From: Takakia lepidozioides
Lineage: Eukaryota; Plantae; Bryophyta
Reading direction: 5' to 3'
NCBI GenBank assembly: GCA_030704615.1
Contig: CM060731.1
Span: 8,184,001 to 8,248,000 of the forward strand
DNA: 64,000 nucleotides
The notes beneath the pieces were generated by a model. That model saw nothing but the letters and a program-made list of their open reading frames with translations, had not been told where the DNA came from and made no database searches. The position numbers and the translations under genes were made by a program. How positions within the stretch are numbered: position 1 is the first letter of the stretch; each line of letters starts with the position of its first letter. Positions 13,171 to 25,333 of the stretch are shown in pieces.

Positions 13171-14540
13171 AGCGCATCTATAGCTTCCATCGCTGGGAAA
13201 TTGTGACAATGAAGAGTACAAAAATTGTTACAAAGTCAGCCTGTTGGAGAGAGAAACATAGCATGTGAAAAAGAAGGGAAGATCAGAGGGCATGCATGAG
13301 CTCAGTGGCGGGGCCTCTTGGTGGGGGGGGCAGGGTTCAAGAAAAGATGCCCATAACGTCGAGATATGGGACCCATTTATGGGGTGTTACATTAACATTT
13401 CAAACTACATGGAAATTGACAAATTGCAAATATTTTGCTACCAATGGATGTTAGCTATTGTTGGAGTTACCATTTTTCTAGAACTGACTGCCACATAGGC
13501 ATCCACGTGGGATGCAATGTTAGTAAACACTGTTGGTGTGGACTCGAGGGCGCAACCTTCCATAACTTTTACTTATCGTCAACTTAGCTCCAGTTGTGGC
13601 CTGGCCTTAAAACTTGGAAAATTTTCCTGAGAAGTGCCTAATTGCTCGATTTCTATTTTCAAAACCATTATGTTTTTTTAAAAGAAAATTACCTCAACAA
13701 TAGGGTCGACTGTAATACATGCTTAATGTTTGGAAATTCCCTAGGTGAGGTGTAAAAACGAATCTGCCTAATAATATTCCATTCTTATTAATTATTAGGC
13801 AGGGAAGTGCCTAATAAGCTAGGTAAGTACGGTATATTTACTGACCGCCCCGTACCCTGATGAGACTGGTCAGATCTGCAGCACTGAACGTTCCAGTCCT
13901 GCCTCCGATCCTTTAGCCTAACCAGAGTTGGTTATCAACTACGTAATGCACTGCCGTGCGCATCACGCTGACGTGGCAGGTTTTGATTGCGTACGAGGAG
14001 GCCTGCTATTTCCTGTAGCATGTGTCCTTCTTGTCATCTCGTATTTTGTGTCCTTCGTGTGTCCTTTATGGCTGAAAGACCTACTCATCCTTAGTGGCAG
14101 TGACATTACGTCCTGTAGCGCACTGGAGCGCGACCTCTACGGGCAGTAGCAGGTCGCTGTGACTGGCTCGACGCTCCCGCGTCTCGCCACGCACAGCTCC
14201 TGCTAGTGCGCTACCTAGTACATACCAGGGCTGCTGATACATAAACTGAATTTCAAGGATGGATTTTTGTTGCCATAGCCATGCGGGTAATTTGTTTCTG
14301 ACCCCAATTGATCAAAATTGCTGGTTGGTGTAGACAGGAGCGACCCAAAACTACAAACCAGAAAAGGTTTTAGTGGAACTAACAACCCCAGTTAGGATAA
14401 CAGGACAAGTGTTACTGACAGACGGTGGCTGCTCCCATAGTATATATACGTCTCCCCAGTCACTACAGCATCACAAACCTCTCTCGTTATTCGTCTGTGC
14501 GATTTGCTGCCTCTCTTCGCTCGCGCTTGGTGAAGTTACG

Positions 14541-15018
14541 ATGGCAAAGATGCAGACCTTGGGTGCCTTCCTGGCAGTGATGGTGGTCCTGGCTATGGTG
14601 TCCAGCGCTTCCGGGCAGTGCACATCTGAGCTCGAAGACCTGACTGATTGCCTTCCTGCCGCCACGACGGGCTCCCGCCCCTCTCCTGTGTGCTGCTGGC
14701 AATTGGATAGGCTTGGCTCCAGATTGGAAGCTTTGGAGTGTATTTGCAAAGTATTTAAATCCCAAGGAGCAATAGATCTAGAACCTGACGGTTACGTTCA
14801 GGATGCCTTGGCACTTCCCGATGGTTGCCACCCAACTAGAGAACCGGAGGGTCGATTCTCTTGCCCACGTAATCGCACTTTCTTCTCCCCTGTTGTGTAG
14901 TTTGTTTCTCGGCCCTTCATGAAACAGTGAAAGTGTTATTTGAGTTTGAGCATTTTTCACTAATCCTTCTACTTCGGTTTCAGCATCAATATCCAGGCTG
15001 GAGCTAAGTGAGACGTAG
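14541..15018 (+). CDS. Non-specific lipid transfer / 8-cysteine-motif protein (exons 14541-14868, 14984-15018)
   Basis: Signal peptide MAKMQTLGAFLAVMVVLAMVSSASG; C..C..CC..CxC..C..C pattern; GT-AG intron after the last Cys; TATATATA at ~14441. Confidence 0.85.
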
Positions 15019-16039
15019 GTTTGACATCCACAGTATCAAGAGGTGGCAGAAAGTGGAGCAATTGCTGGGTGGACAAGCGATCAGTGTCCGTGGTAGAAGC
15101 TTCCTCAGCCTGACGACTTAATACAAATAGCGGGTTCTTATGTACTACGAAGGAAAAGATATGTAGAGCTGTGGTGAGGACAGCCTCCAGCGGCTATGTA
15201 TTGTGGTTGTATCAGCCCTTGTTATGCTCCTCTGGTCTCTTTTCTTTCTAGCACGATCTGCCCTTCCGTTTCAGGCCAACTGAAGTTTTCACTTCCTCGT
15301 TTTCACGTCTATTTTTGATATGCAGAATTCTGGCGTTCAATTTCTTTTTCCCTCTATCATCTTCCCCGCACACAGTCTCCAATTAACCTTTGGCCTAAAC
15401 AATAACGCAAGAGCTCATGGACTCTGGGCAGATTATCGGACTGAATGCCAATTGAGAATTCACAATGACTCTTGTCACATGCTAAGTGCTCATAATATCT
15501 TTTCACATTCCTAACCATGTACGATTGCGTGATAGCACCTTACACACAACTTTCTCTCGAGTTTCAGCAAACCAAAATTCCCTCGACAGGATCAGTATGA
15601 ATTCCCTAACGGCGGTGCATGGTACTGGAACACATCCAGTCCTCCCAGGCCCCACGCCATGCATGATTCTCTCCTGTATCCACTTATATTCTCCACTCTT
15701 GGCACTTTCTCGATGCCTCCTTCAGTTCACAGCCAGTATCTACAAGTCTTCTGCCAGAGAGAGAAAGAATCCCTAATCTCTTTTTTCTATACACTTTTTC
15801 TACCTTTATGATATGGCCATCATCTTGGTCTTTTGAAATCAGCCACCTCCTGCTACTCCACGCAGCAGCTTTTGTCTTCTTACATGACACATAGGCTGAT
15901 CAGTTCAACGCTCCCCAAATCCTGTCACAGGTTCAAATCTCCAGGATCGTTATATAGCCCTTTCAATTGTGTTCTCAGCAATAGCTTTTGCAGTTTGTGT
16001 GTGCGAAGCTTAAATACGTATAGTAATTATTAGGCACGA

Positions 16040-16911
16040 ACGAGTTATACTGAAACTTTGACAAGGAAATGATCAACTCTTGCCCTCTTTGGGAATCCCT
16101 TAGGGGCTTTATCTTGTGGCATATTTGGAAGATGCGTTGTTATGTCCTGTTTCAGAATTCCTCACCCTCTTTGCTAAGAAGGTGCTCTTCTTAGCTCACT
16201 CAGATCTCCTGTCTGAAGCAAGGAAATGATGGAATGTTCAAGATTGTGGCAGCTTTGTCAAAATGTGGTTGCAGGAGGAGGAGACAGCTCCTCGCTGCCT
16301 TTGACAACACATGGGGAAAGAATGATAACTTCTGCAGGAGAGTCTCAGATTCCCGGGTCATCTGGAAAGAAGAACTGCCATCCTGCTGGAAGCTCTGGTA
16401 GCGCTTTGCCCTCTCCCCTGGAAGCTGAAGATGTGGAAGTCAACTGGAGGCATAAACGAAGCCTTAGGAAGGGTAAATCAAAGGCTCACTTGTCCTTTGA
16501 TGTCCCCAAGAGGAAGCGTGGTAGTATGCTGCAGTAGATCTGCTGTTAAGTAGTGCTACTGTTTGTGAGGCGATTTGGTTAGCTCTCTGATTGTACTGTC
16601 GCTGCTCTCGGTCAAGAGCGGTGTGGTTTAGTGCTGCTCTATAAGTGGTGCTGTGTTTTGTGGTGCTATTATAGTAGACCTGCTGGACTTCTCAGACCTG
16701 GCTGTGCTCCAACCTAGAGCCATGCCTGGTGCTTCTCGTCTTGGTCTCTCCTTCTATTAGACCTCTCCTCTGTTACGATCTCTTTGTTATCTAGTTACGA
16801 GTGGCACCTCTTTCCTCAGCCTTATGGCTCTTTGTAAGGTTATTTTTTCCTTACCTCTTTAATAAAGTTTACCAGGGCTACAATCCCCCTGTTCGTTAAA
16901 AAAAGAAAAAA
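16040..16911 (+). mobile_element. 5'-truncated L1-type LINE 3' end
   Basis: ILWHIWKMRCYVLF motif (~16110-16150) typical of the L1 ORF2 C-terminus; AATAAA at 16861 and A-rich tail 16898-16911. Confidence 0.65.
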
Positions 16912-17429
16912 GATCAATAGTTTTGATTAAATACTTACGTGGACTGGTTCGTCATCACTGCAGTCATTGGAAAGTACATGTGCATATGTTTTGTCTGAAT
17001 TCGGTACATCATAACTTCCCCATACCTTCTCATGGGATTGTGATTTCTATGAGTGGTCTATCTGGGAAGTCTCTTTTAGACGTGTGTCGAGCGGAACTGG
17101 GAAGTTCTGGGAATGAAATGTACCGTGCTCCGAGACTGCCAGCAAGCTAAACCGAGCTGCTAGGGATAATTGGGTGGAAGTGGGGAGAGCAGAAAAGGGG
17201 ATGGGTCAAGGGAAGGAAGAGGTGAAATATATCCAGAGCCCAATCACAGCCATGGGAAAGATTTGAAAAAAGTGAGGTAGCAATAATTTCTTAAGTACAG
17301 CAAACGTAGAGAGTATGAAAATTTCGAATGAGTCTTGCATATTTGATGACCAATCTTATACTACACGATGCAAAGATTACAGGTTGCCGCAGTGCAGCGA
17401 CTACTTGAAATTCCATCAGAGAATGTAGC

Positions 17430-18560
17430 ATTTGTGTACTTCGTTACAGGGAACTCTCCAAGTTAAACTAATTCTTGACGATTCCATACCAACCCTTTCT
17501 CCTGGCATGGAGCTGAAGCTTATTCTTTGCAAAATCAGGGAGATCTTCTCTACCTCTCTTCCCCAATTTGCTTTATCTTCAGACTCCGCGGTGTTCTTTG
17601 GCTCCCGCGTGCATCAATCTGCCTCCAATAAGAAGCTTTTCTTTGTTCAAGTTCTTCCTGTCATTCTTCATGTTTTCCTGTCAGAAGGGGATCTCGGGGA
17701 ATGGATTCTAGGGACTTAGCCTGGTTGGAGTTAAAACCGATATTGCAGATGCGTACTCGAAGGCAGGTCTAATAACGCGACAAAGCATGGTTTTCTTGAC
17801 TTCAGAGTTGATCCCTCTGCAGTGGAAAAATTTAGTGAGACCCAGCAATTTGCGCTTTGCCAGTTTGAACAACTTTCTGAATATGTGCATCCCAGTTACA
17901 GTTGGAGAACTCAACGCCCAGGTATGTGTAGGAAGGGAGGACTGGAATCTCTTAGCTACCCCATTGCCACTTGAGATCACTTCCTCCCTCTCCCCTGTCG
18001 TTGAATGCCACTGCTGTTCATTTACTAACGTTAGCCTCTAGCCCCCAAAGGTCAAAGTATCTCTTCGCGCAATCAATCAACCCCTGGAGGTTGGAAGGAG
18101 TCTCCCCTATGCCTGCGAAGTCATCCGCAAACATAAGGGCTGATATGGTGGCATCACCCACCCTTAACCCAAACCCCTCACTTTCCACATCCTCGAGGAG
18201 TTGATTGATGAAAACATTGAAGAGCATAGGGGAGAGGGTACATCCTTGAGCTACAGCTTGGTCTATGTCAAAGAAGTTAGACTTCTGTCCATTAACAGTG
18301 ACACAACTTTTGTGTGAGCATACAAGTTATGGACAACTCTCCAAATCTTTCCCTTGATCCCACAGAACCAGAGGCGGAGCCATAGACCGTCTCTCCACAC
18401 TGTGTCATAAGCCTTTTTGACATCCAAGAAAAAACAAAAGTGGGTTTCCCTTCTTTTTTCCTTCCCTGGATAATCTGGTTAGAGTGAAGATATGATCCAC
18501 ACAGCCCCTGTTTCGCCAAAAGCCAGCTTGGCCTTCGTGGAAACAACCTCTTGAAAAAAG
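17430..18560 (-). mobile_element. LINE reverse-transcriptase remnant
   Basis: HEGQAGFWRNRGCVDHIFTL, QGCTLSPMLFNVFI, ALMFADD motifs with frameshifts. Confidence 0.9.
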
Positions 18561-19914
18561 GTGCATAGAAATGATAAGATACACAAGATTTGAAATCCTC
18601 AATCACCACCAGAGAGAGTGAAAGAGAGGCAGACCTCTGATTTGAAGAGCTTCTCATACGACCGAACCTCCACCTTCAATGGCTCCACGTCAGGCGACAG
18701 CCACCCAGTGTAGCACACCCTACAAGAAGAATGTTCGGAAGAATTCTGTGACATATTTGCAGCTTTCAAGGGAAATGGATGATCTATGGTGCAAATACGT
18801 TAACTTTAATAATTCTGAAGCCATCCGCATCAGACAAGAATGAGGAATGCGCAGTCGGTGCTCAGCACGGATTTCTTCTTACGAGATCGCACGCCAATTC
18901 TTGGTCTGCAGAGACGGGATAATTCAACATGGATTTCTTCTAAAGAGGTCGCCCAGCAATTCTTGGTCTGGAGACGGGAAACATTAACCCCTTTCCAAGA
19001 AAGCAAGCCATGTGAGAATTCTAACTTAAGAACATCGCTTCCGCCACAAAGCAACGAAATCGGGTGGGAAGTCCTATCTCGCATCTAATGGCGAGATCTG
19101 TGAAAGTATTAGACGGATGCACGAGGTTTTCTGGGCACCATGGAGCCATGAGAACAGTTGGTGACCAACTACATCACCTGGAGAATAGGCTACTAATACA
19201 GAGTTTAATAGTTTTATAGCTAATGAAATCAGCTAGAAGCACATGCTCATGAGTTCCTCGCTCGAAGAGATTGGAAGAGAAGGTTCTGTAGCAGGGGTAT
19301 TTCATCCCAGCTGAATGTACAGGTCGCAATCACCAATATTTCAGGCACCCTGCACATCATGTGTATTGAGCTTTAGTCTACTAGCCTGCAGATTGCTGAA
19401 CATGCGTTCGTACAGAGCTCTCTAGTTTGCAGTAGCAAGAGCGCACTGCTACTTTGGGTACCTTTCTAACAACTGGTAATCTATCTGAGTCAATCTTCGG
19501 TTCATGAACCAATTTGAATCAATTGGATTGCTGTAGTTTCTTCAAGTATCAACTGGTTGGAAGTATACTATCTAGTCTTTACCAGACAGACGATCTCTGC
19601 TTCTCTTGGCTCTGATCTGCCCGTTACACATATGTTTGGTCAACAGTACAATGCTTTCTGCGGGTAAAGACCCGGTGTAGGTGTCATAGATATCATTTTC
19701 TGGACTATGGCGATTTGTCAAGTCTTGAAGGCAATTCTGATCGCTGCAGTGTCAAATAATTTTCTGCACTTGATGAATTTAGCGTGCTTTGCACGAACAG
19801 TCTACGCGCGGGAGTCTTTTGTTTAGTTACATGATCTAGTAGACCTCCTAAATTGTTGCTGTAGTTTAGGATCCCTTGCTAACATGCTCACGTAACGTTT
19901 CTCCATCGTAGAGC

Positions 19915-20862
19915 TCACGATCTCGAGACAGTAAGAGATCCGAGGGCTGAAGAAAGGTCATCACTGGAGTCATCGGAATCATTTAGCGTGGAGGAAGAGC
20001 CAGAGCTTGAGCTTGAGCTGAGCTCAAGCGGCAAGCTTGAGTGAGCTCCTGGACTTAGTTTGGGCCTGAAGTGGAATCCTCTACCAAGCAGGCTGCAAAG
20101 TGCGCCCAGCTCACTCTCTCCTGAGCTGCGTCCCTTTGCCATGGTCAGAAATGGCAGTTGCCGTCTTCTATACACCCACGACGTGCGCGCAGGATGATAC
20201 AACTCATGAATGTGAAGCGTCCAGTTGGCGGGACTCTGGGCTTCGAACAACTTCTTCAGTAACTGAGCACAGATTTGTGCTTCGTTTCCGAGTGCCACCA
20301 CAGTCGTACTCCCGGAACTTTCTGTTCCAGCACCAAGGTGGAGCAGCTTGGATAATGTCTCGGCAAGCACATTCATTTGCTCGTTATCTCTTATGGTGAG
20401 ATTTTGAGTCGTTCTTTTCTTACCCTCTCTGCCTAGGGGCAGGGCATTGACAGAGATGACACCTTTATCTTTCAATTGCCAACAGTCGCGTATTGCTATT
20501 AGCACATCTGCTGCCTCAACTTCGCAACAGAGGCCGATCTCATGGGCCATGGTATCCGCCGAAGCAGGAGGCTCATATGTTGTCGCTCGCCTACATAAGC
20601 TCTCGTCATAGGCAAATGCAGCTGCATATTCTGGGGCTACATCTGGGTTCTCCATGTAAGGGCTGGGTGACTTCCCAATGATAATGCCTCTTATGGGTAG
20701 TGCCTGGTGCCAGAGTAAAGCGTAATCCGCAGTTTTCTTTCGTAGGGTTCCTGGTACCCAAGGCTGATTGTTTGGATCGTTGTAGTTTCTGTTCAGGCCT
20801 GATTCTGCGACGTAATTTACGCATATGGCTCTGGCTTCTCTCACTCGCACCGAAGTAGCCAT
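19915..20862 (-). CDS. Divergent uracil-DNA glycosylase-superfamily protein (315 aa ORF; possible upstream exon)
   Basis: UDG-fold motifs in order: IIIGKSPSPY (cf. ILGQDPY), AAAFAY, GVISVN (cf. GVLLLN), VVALGNEA, YHPAR (cf. HPS/YHPAAR); Ser-rich tail; uninterrupted. Confidence 0.65.
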   Translation of the reverse strand: MATSVRVREARAICVNYVAESGLNRNYNDPNNQPWVPGTLRKKTADYALLWHQALPIRGIIIGKSPSPYMENPDVAPEYAAAFAYDESLCRRATTYEPPASADTMAHEIGLCCEVEAADVLIAIRDCWQLKDKGVISVNALPLGREGKKRTTQNLTIRDNEQMNVLAETLSKLLHLGAGTESSGSTTVVALGNEAQICAQLLKKLFEAQSPANWTLHIHELYHPARTSWVYRRRQLPFLTMAKGRSSGESELGALCSLLGRGFHFRPKLSPGAHSSLPLELSSSSSSGSSSTLNDSDDSSDDLSSALGSLTVSRS

Positions 20863-22084
20863 TTCGTCTCCAAACCTGCACTACGTCAACATTTAGGATC
20901 TACTTGCAGAACTTCAGAATTCAACAGCCATGCACAAACTTCAATATGGTCAGAGAAAGCTCCACAGCACAAGCTTTCCCTCCGGTAGTCTTACCAGCGG
21001 GATGTGATGTCTACGATATCCGTGGGGGAGGGAGACAAAATGAAGTTCAAACTTGCTAGGGAGAAAACCTCAAGATCGGGCTTGGCTTTTCCCAGCTGCC
21101 TTTTAATGTTGTTCCTCAAGAAATGCGACTCCTCTTTCTCAACAATGCAGCCCTTAACGTGCAGAACGCGAGAGGGAGAAGCTACTGCATAACTGTGCAG
21201 AGGATGATGCAATTGAAGAGGTGATAAGTTATGGTCCAGACTCCAGACGCAAGCTGGCCGCTTATAACTTTCCAAGTTGAAAAGTAACTGGAATATGAAA
21301 AGCCAACTGATCACGATGACGAAAACTCGTGCACCTGAAAGGTCACAGGTCTCTCAAGTAACTAATGGCGTACCTTCCCTCGATTTCATGGATGCTATGG
21401 AACCCGCAGTCACACAAAGAATCGTTGAATGATCTTCATCTCTTCCCTCTGGACTTCTACACGCTCTGTTTTGGTTCTTTCCACCAGGCGATGTCTGTGG
21501 TTCTGTTATGATTATCCCATGTTCTCTCGCTCCCCAGTCACACGAGAAAATCCCTTCCAGTTCCTTTTTCGTCCATGTCCCTTTGACACGGTGATGCCTC
21601 CTTCACAGAGATTCTCAGCTTCTTCTAGCCTCTCTCTACATTTGATCTCCAGTTCTCTGGTCTGGTGATAAGTAGCATCATTTTCTCTACCTCTTTTGGT
21701 CCTCTAGCAATTTCAACCCCACACAATCTTTTCAGCTCATCATACCATAACTTCCCTGACAAGAAACCATAGCAAGACTGGTGTGAAAGAAATTGAAAGT
21801 GACGCCAGAAACCTGATAGGGCATGAAGAGGCATCTATTTGCTTTGCATGGGGGTTTTATATTGTTGAGTCTAACTCAAAAATGGCCTCAAGGAGTACAA
21901 ATCTTTCTCGTTCTCATAAATAAAGCTCCCTTCTCCACCTTCCAAACGAAAGGCAGTAGCCCTTTGGGCTGAAGTGACACCATAAGTTACACTTGCTTCG
22001 GCAAAAGTCTTCCTTTCTTCTAAAACTCCCTTCATTCTTCTCACTTTACCATGTCCCGTGGGTCCCTCTACCTCCTGTGGCTCA

Positions 22085-22170
22085 AATGAATTTGGTCTTC
22101 TGGTCAATGAAAATGTGGTCAAGAGTGGATCTGTTGCGACGGAAACCAGCTTGTCCCTTAGCCCGTATGT
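22085..22170 (-). mobile_element. Small LINE RT fragment
   Basis: AKGQAGFRRNRSTLDHIF motif. Confidence 0.6.
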
Positions 22171-22959
22171 GAGAGGAGGGAGCGACACAAACAAGAGAAG
22201 AATGAGAGAGAGCCAATGTGACCCAGAGCTTGCCTGCTAGGTAGACAATAAGGATACCACCAGGTAGAGCAGCAATTGTAAGGTAAGACAGCGGAGCCAC
22301 ACTCAGCAATGAGTCCCCTTAATTGAAAGGGTGTGCTCTGCTCTCCATACAGCCTCCAAAAGGGATTCTCCTGTCTTGCCACCAGCTGCCATGGATAAAT
22401 TCTTTGTCTCTCTTGCGCCCATCTGAGCATAGCAAGTAATATTTATTGTAAGGACTAAGGACCCCTATTATTTCAAGGTTGCTAACATTGTATATCATAC
22501 CTCTATTCTCAGTGTATCCAACTATTTAAACAACAATGCCATTGTGAACTCCCAGTGTCATTTGGACCTTAGGTGAATAGGCAGCGTAATGAATGTGAGA
22601 GAGATGTGAAACCCATGCTGACAATGCAGATTGTAGCACCATAGCTCTCAATCTCCCCACTTTGTCCGATGGGAATTGAGGCCACTGAAGTCATTAAATT
22701 TCCTTCTTTCTCTCTCACGGACCCACACACACAGTTTCCTTCTTTCTGTCTCGCAGCTGTGAGATAAGGGAGATCCGAGTGTTTTTGTGGCGGTTCCTGA
22801 TTTCGTATACACCTTCAGCTGCGAAGATTCTACATGCTTAGCAGCTCAGCCGCAGGAAGCACTCCATCTACAAGTGACCTATGGAGGTTTAAAGTGATGA
22901 AACCCTGTAAGATTTTATTTACAACATGTACAATGGGCGAACATACAGAAGATGAGAAG

Positions 22960-23335
22960 TTCCCAAAAAGGGGGGGAAAGAAACAAGAAACAAGAGGAAG
23001 AAAACAAAGCTATAGTAAGCTACGCAACTAGGAAGAAAACAAAAAGCTATAATAGGCTACCAGAATGATCCTCCCAACCAACATCAAGGCAAAGAGATAA
23101 GAATGACCCTCCCAACCAACATCAAGGCAAAGAGATAAGCAAAGTGTTACGCATAGGTGGAGGATGAGATGACGCGGAGCCAGCCACATCAGCCCGATGC
23201 AAAATAGATATGGCTTGTGCTCTATGCAAAGCAACTAAAACACGTTGCCGATAGTATGCGACAAGGACGGAGGCATGCGGGATGCCAGTGGATCTGTTAA
23301 AGTGGTTAACAGCCTTGCACACCAGCAACAAAAAT
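22960..23335 (-). mobile_element. 3' remnant of a non-LTR retroelement (CRE/RLE-like)
   Basis: YYRQRVLVALHRAQAISILHRA resembles the C-terminal QR..VALQR.NA..I motif; duplicated CCTCCCAACCAACATCAAGGCAAAGAGATAAG. Confidence 0.45.
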
Positions 23336-23583
23336 TTATTGCTACAAGAACGACACGAGATTATTTTTCGAAAGGACCCAGAAAGTGATGGCTTGGGAAT
23401 TCGACCTCAGTATCCCATCAAACCCATTAAACCCTAATCGAGCGCAGAAGGCGAGAGAGGAAGACAAGAAGAGCTTGCAGAGCTCAAGGGAGGTAAAGGA
23501 AGGAGTGTGGAGAGGTGAAACGAGGGTCGGTGAGAAGGGGAAGAGTGGGAAGAGTTTGTGTGGGGCTTAGGAGGACAGAGGAG

Positions 23584-25333
23584 ATGTCGTATTTGTTGCC
23601 GCATTTGCATTCGGGATGGGCCGTGGACCAAGCCATTCTGGCTGAGGAGGAGCGTGCCGTGGTTATTCGGTTTGGTCATGATTGGGATGAAACTTGCATG
23701 CAGGTCTCACTTTTGGCCTGACCTATTTGTTGTTTTGATATACTAGTTGTTGTCTGAGTCATATCAGAAAATTCATTCATCTCTAGGGAAAGGTTGCAAC
23801 ACCATGATCAACAACCATCCGAATTTTCTGTCTCCAGAGGAAGGTCCCGAGTCATTGCCAAACCGTTGTCCTCAGCTTATTCAAGAGAATGTAGACAAAT
23901 TTTGGCTGAGTTTCATGCCCTGGTGGATAAATCCCCCACATTCAGGACAGCTAGTGTTGGAATGGACCATGGCCTTAATGGCACATGACCGCCAACCTCA
24001 AAGTGAGGATGAATGAGGTCACACCTCTCTGTCTCTGTCTCTCTCTTTGAGAGGTTAGGCAGAAAACTCTAAAAGAGATTACAAATGCCCGTTGTGTGGG
24101 CAACCTGAAGACATTATCCATTTTCTGATTCATTGTCCTGGGTACTCTCACCAGGGAGACACCCTCTTGAAATCCATCAAGGGAATTGTTCCTGTACCTC
24201 TGTTTACCAACTTTGAAAATGTCAGAGGCTGAGCCAAAAGCCCCGGCCCTTTTGGGGTCTAGGTATTGGGCAAATCACACACAGCAGATTGATGCTTGTG
24301 TGAAGGGATTTCTAGAGCATATCTGGGAAACCCGGATCAATTGTCTATTTCAAGGTAAGTCATACTAAAAGCGTCAGCCCCTGACAAAGGTAGTTTCTGG
24401 CCCTTTGTGTTCCGCTCAAAGCTGGGCGTGTGTCAATGGGCACAAGGCTACGGCAAACAATGTCTTATGAGTACATTCTTTCTTTGAGAGGAAAAATCTC
24501 GAGGCTGAGCCTAAGGCCCTGGCCCTGTTGGGGTCTAACTTTCGGACACTGCAGATTGATGGTTGTGTGAAGGGTTTTCTAGAGGATATCTGGAAAGCCT
24601 CAACTAATCAACTAATTGTTTATTGCAAGGCAGGTCCCACTACTGGAGTGAGCCCCTCACAAAGGTACCTCTGTTTCCATCCGAACTGGGTGCGGGGGCT
24701 ATGGCCACAAGGCTATGGCAAACATTTCGCTATGAGATTGAAATGAAGTTAAGCATAAAATTTCCTGAACTTGTTTCCAGTCTGTGACATCGGTGAGGAC
24801 TGAGGACCTTAAGGATAATCTCAAGGGCCCACCAACCCTCAGCACTAGACTGAAATTTAAATTCAGGGCAGGAAGCCTACCTTCGAACAATAAACAGATG
24901 CAGAGAGGAAACCCCTCTGGGCAAAAAACTCTCTCTCTCTACCTCCATGCCTCCCTTCATTTGCCAACTCTTGTGCAAAGCTATTTTGCTAATCCATATT
25001 ATGGTCTGATTCTGTGGGCTGCAGATGGATGAAGTGCTAGCTTCAGTGGCAGAAACCATAAAGAACTTTGCTGTCTTATACCTGGTGGATATTACAGAGG
25101 TCCCAGATTTCAACACAATGTATGAGCTCTACGACCCTTGTACTATCATGTTCTTCTTCCGCAACAAGCACATCATGATCGATTTGGGCACAGGAAACAA
25201 CAACAAGATCAACTGGGCACTCAAAGATAAGCAAGAGTTCATAAATATTGTGGAGACCGTGTACCGTGGCGCGAGAAAGGGGAGAGGTCTTGTGATTTCG
25301 CCAAAGGACTACTCAACCAAGTACCGCTATTGA
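23584..25333 (+). CDS. YLS8: DIM1/YLS8 thioredoxin-like U5 snRNP protein (exons 23584-23703, 25025-25333)
   Basis: MSYLLPHLHSGWAVDQAILAEEER...DWDETCMQ | MDEVLASVAE...KDYSTKYRY; GT-AG intron. Confidence 0.97.
24225..24745 (+). repeat. Diverged ~276-bp tandem duplication in the DIM1 intron carrying a structured motif
   Basis: Two copies begin GAGGCTGAGCC (~24225, 24501) and share GCAGATTGATG.TTGTGTGAAGGG and ATGG.CACAAGGCTA.GGCAAAC. Confidence 0.8.

Larger units (their letters stand above)
10019..13607. mobile_element. Full-length but degenerate PIF/Harbinger transposon
   Basis: TIRs AGGCCAGGCCACA / TGTGGCCTGGCCT, TAA TSD (10016-10018, 13608-13610), convergent transposase and ORF1. Confidence 0.93.
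9929..13832. mobile_element. ~0.3 kb TA-flanked MITE split by a Harbinger insertion
   Basis: 25-bp TIRs CCGTACTTACCTAGCTTATTAGGCA / TGCCTAATAAGCTAGGTAAGTACGG with TA on both sides. Confidence 0.88.

Noticed and set aside
13855-13885. CTGATGAG hammerhead-like core (also CTGATGA at ~2349, ~27201, ~39210)
   Set aside because: No stem II plus GAAA and closing helices in the correct arrangement
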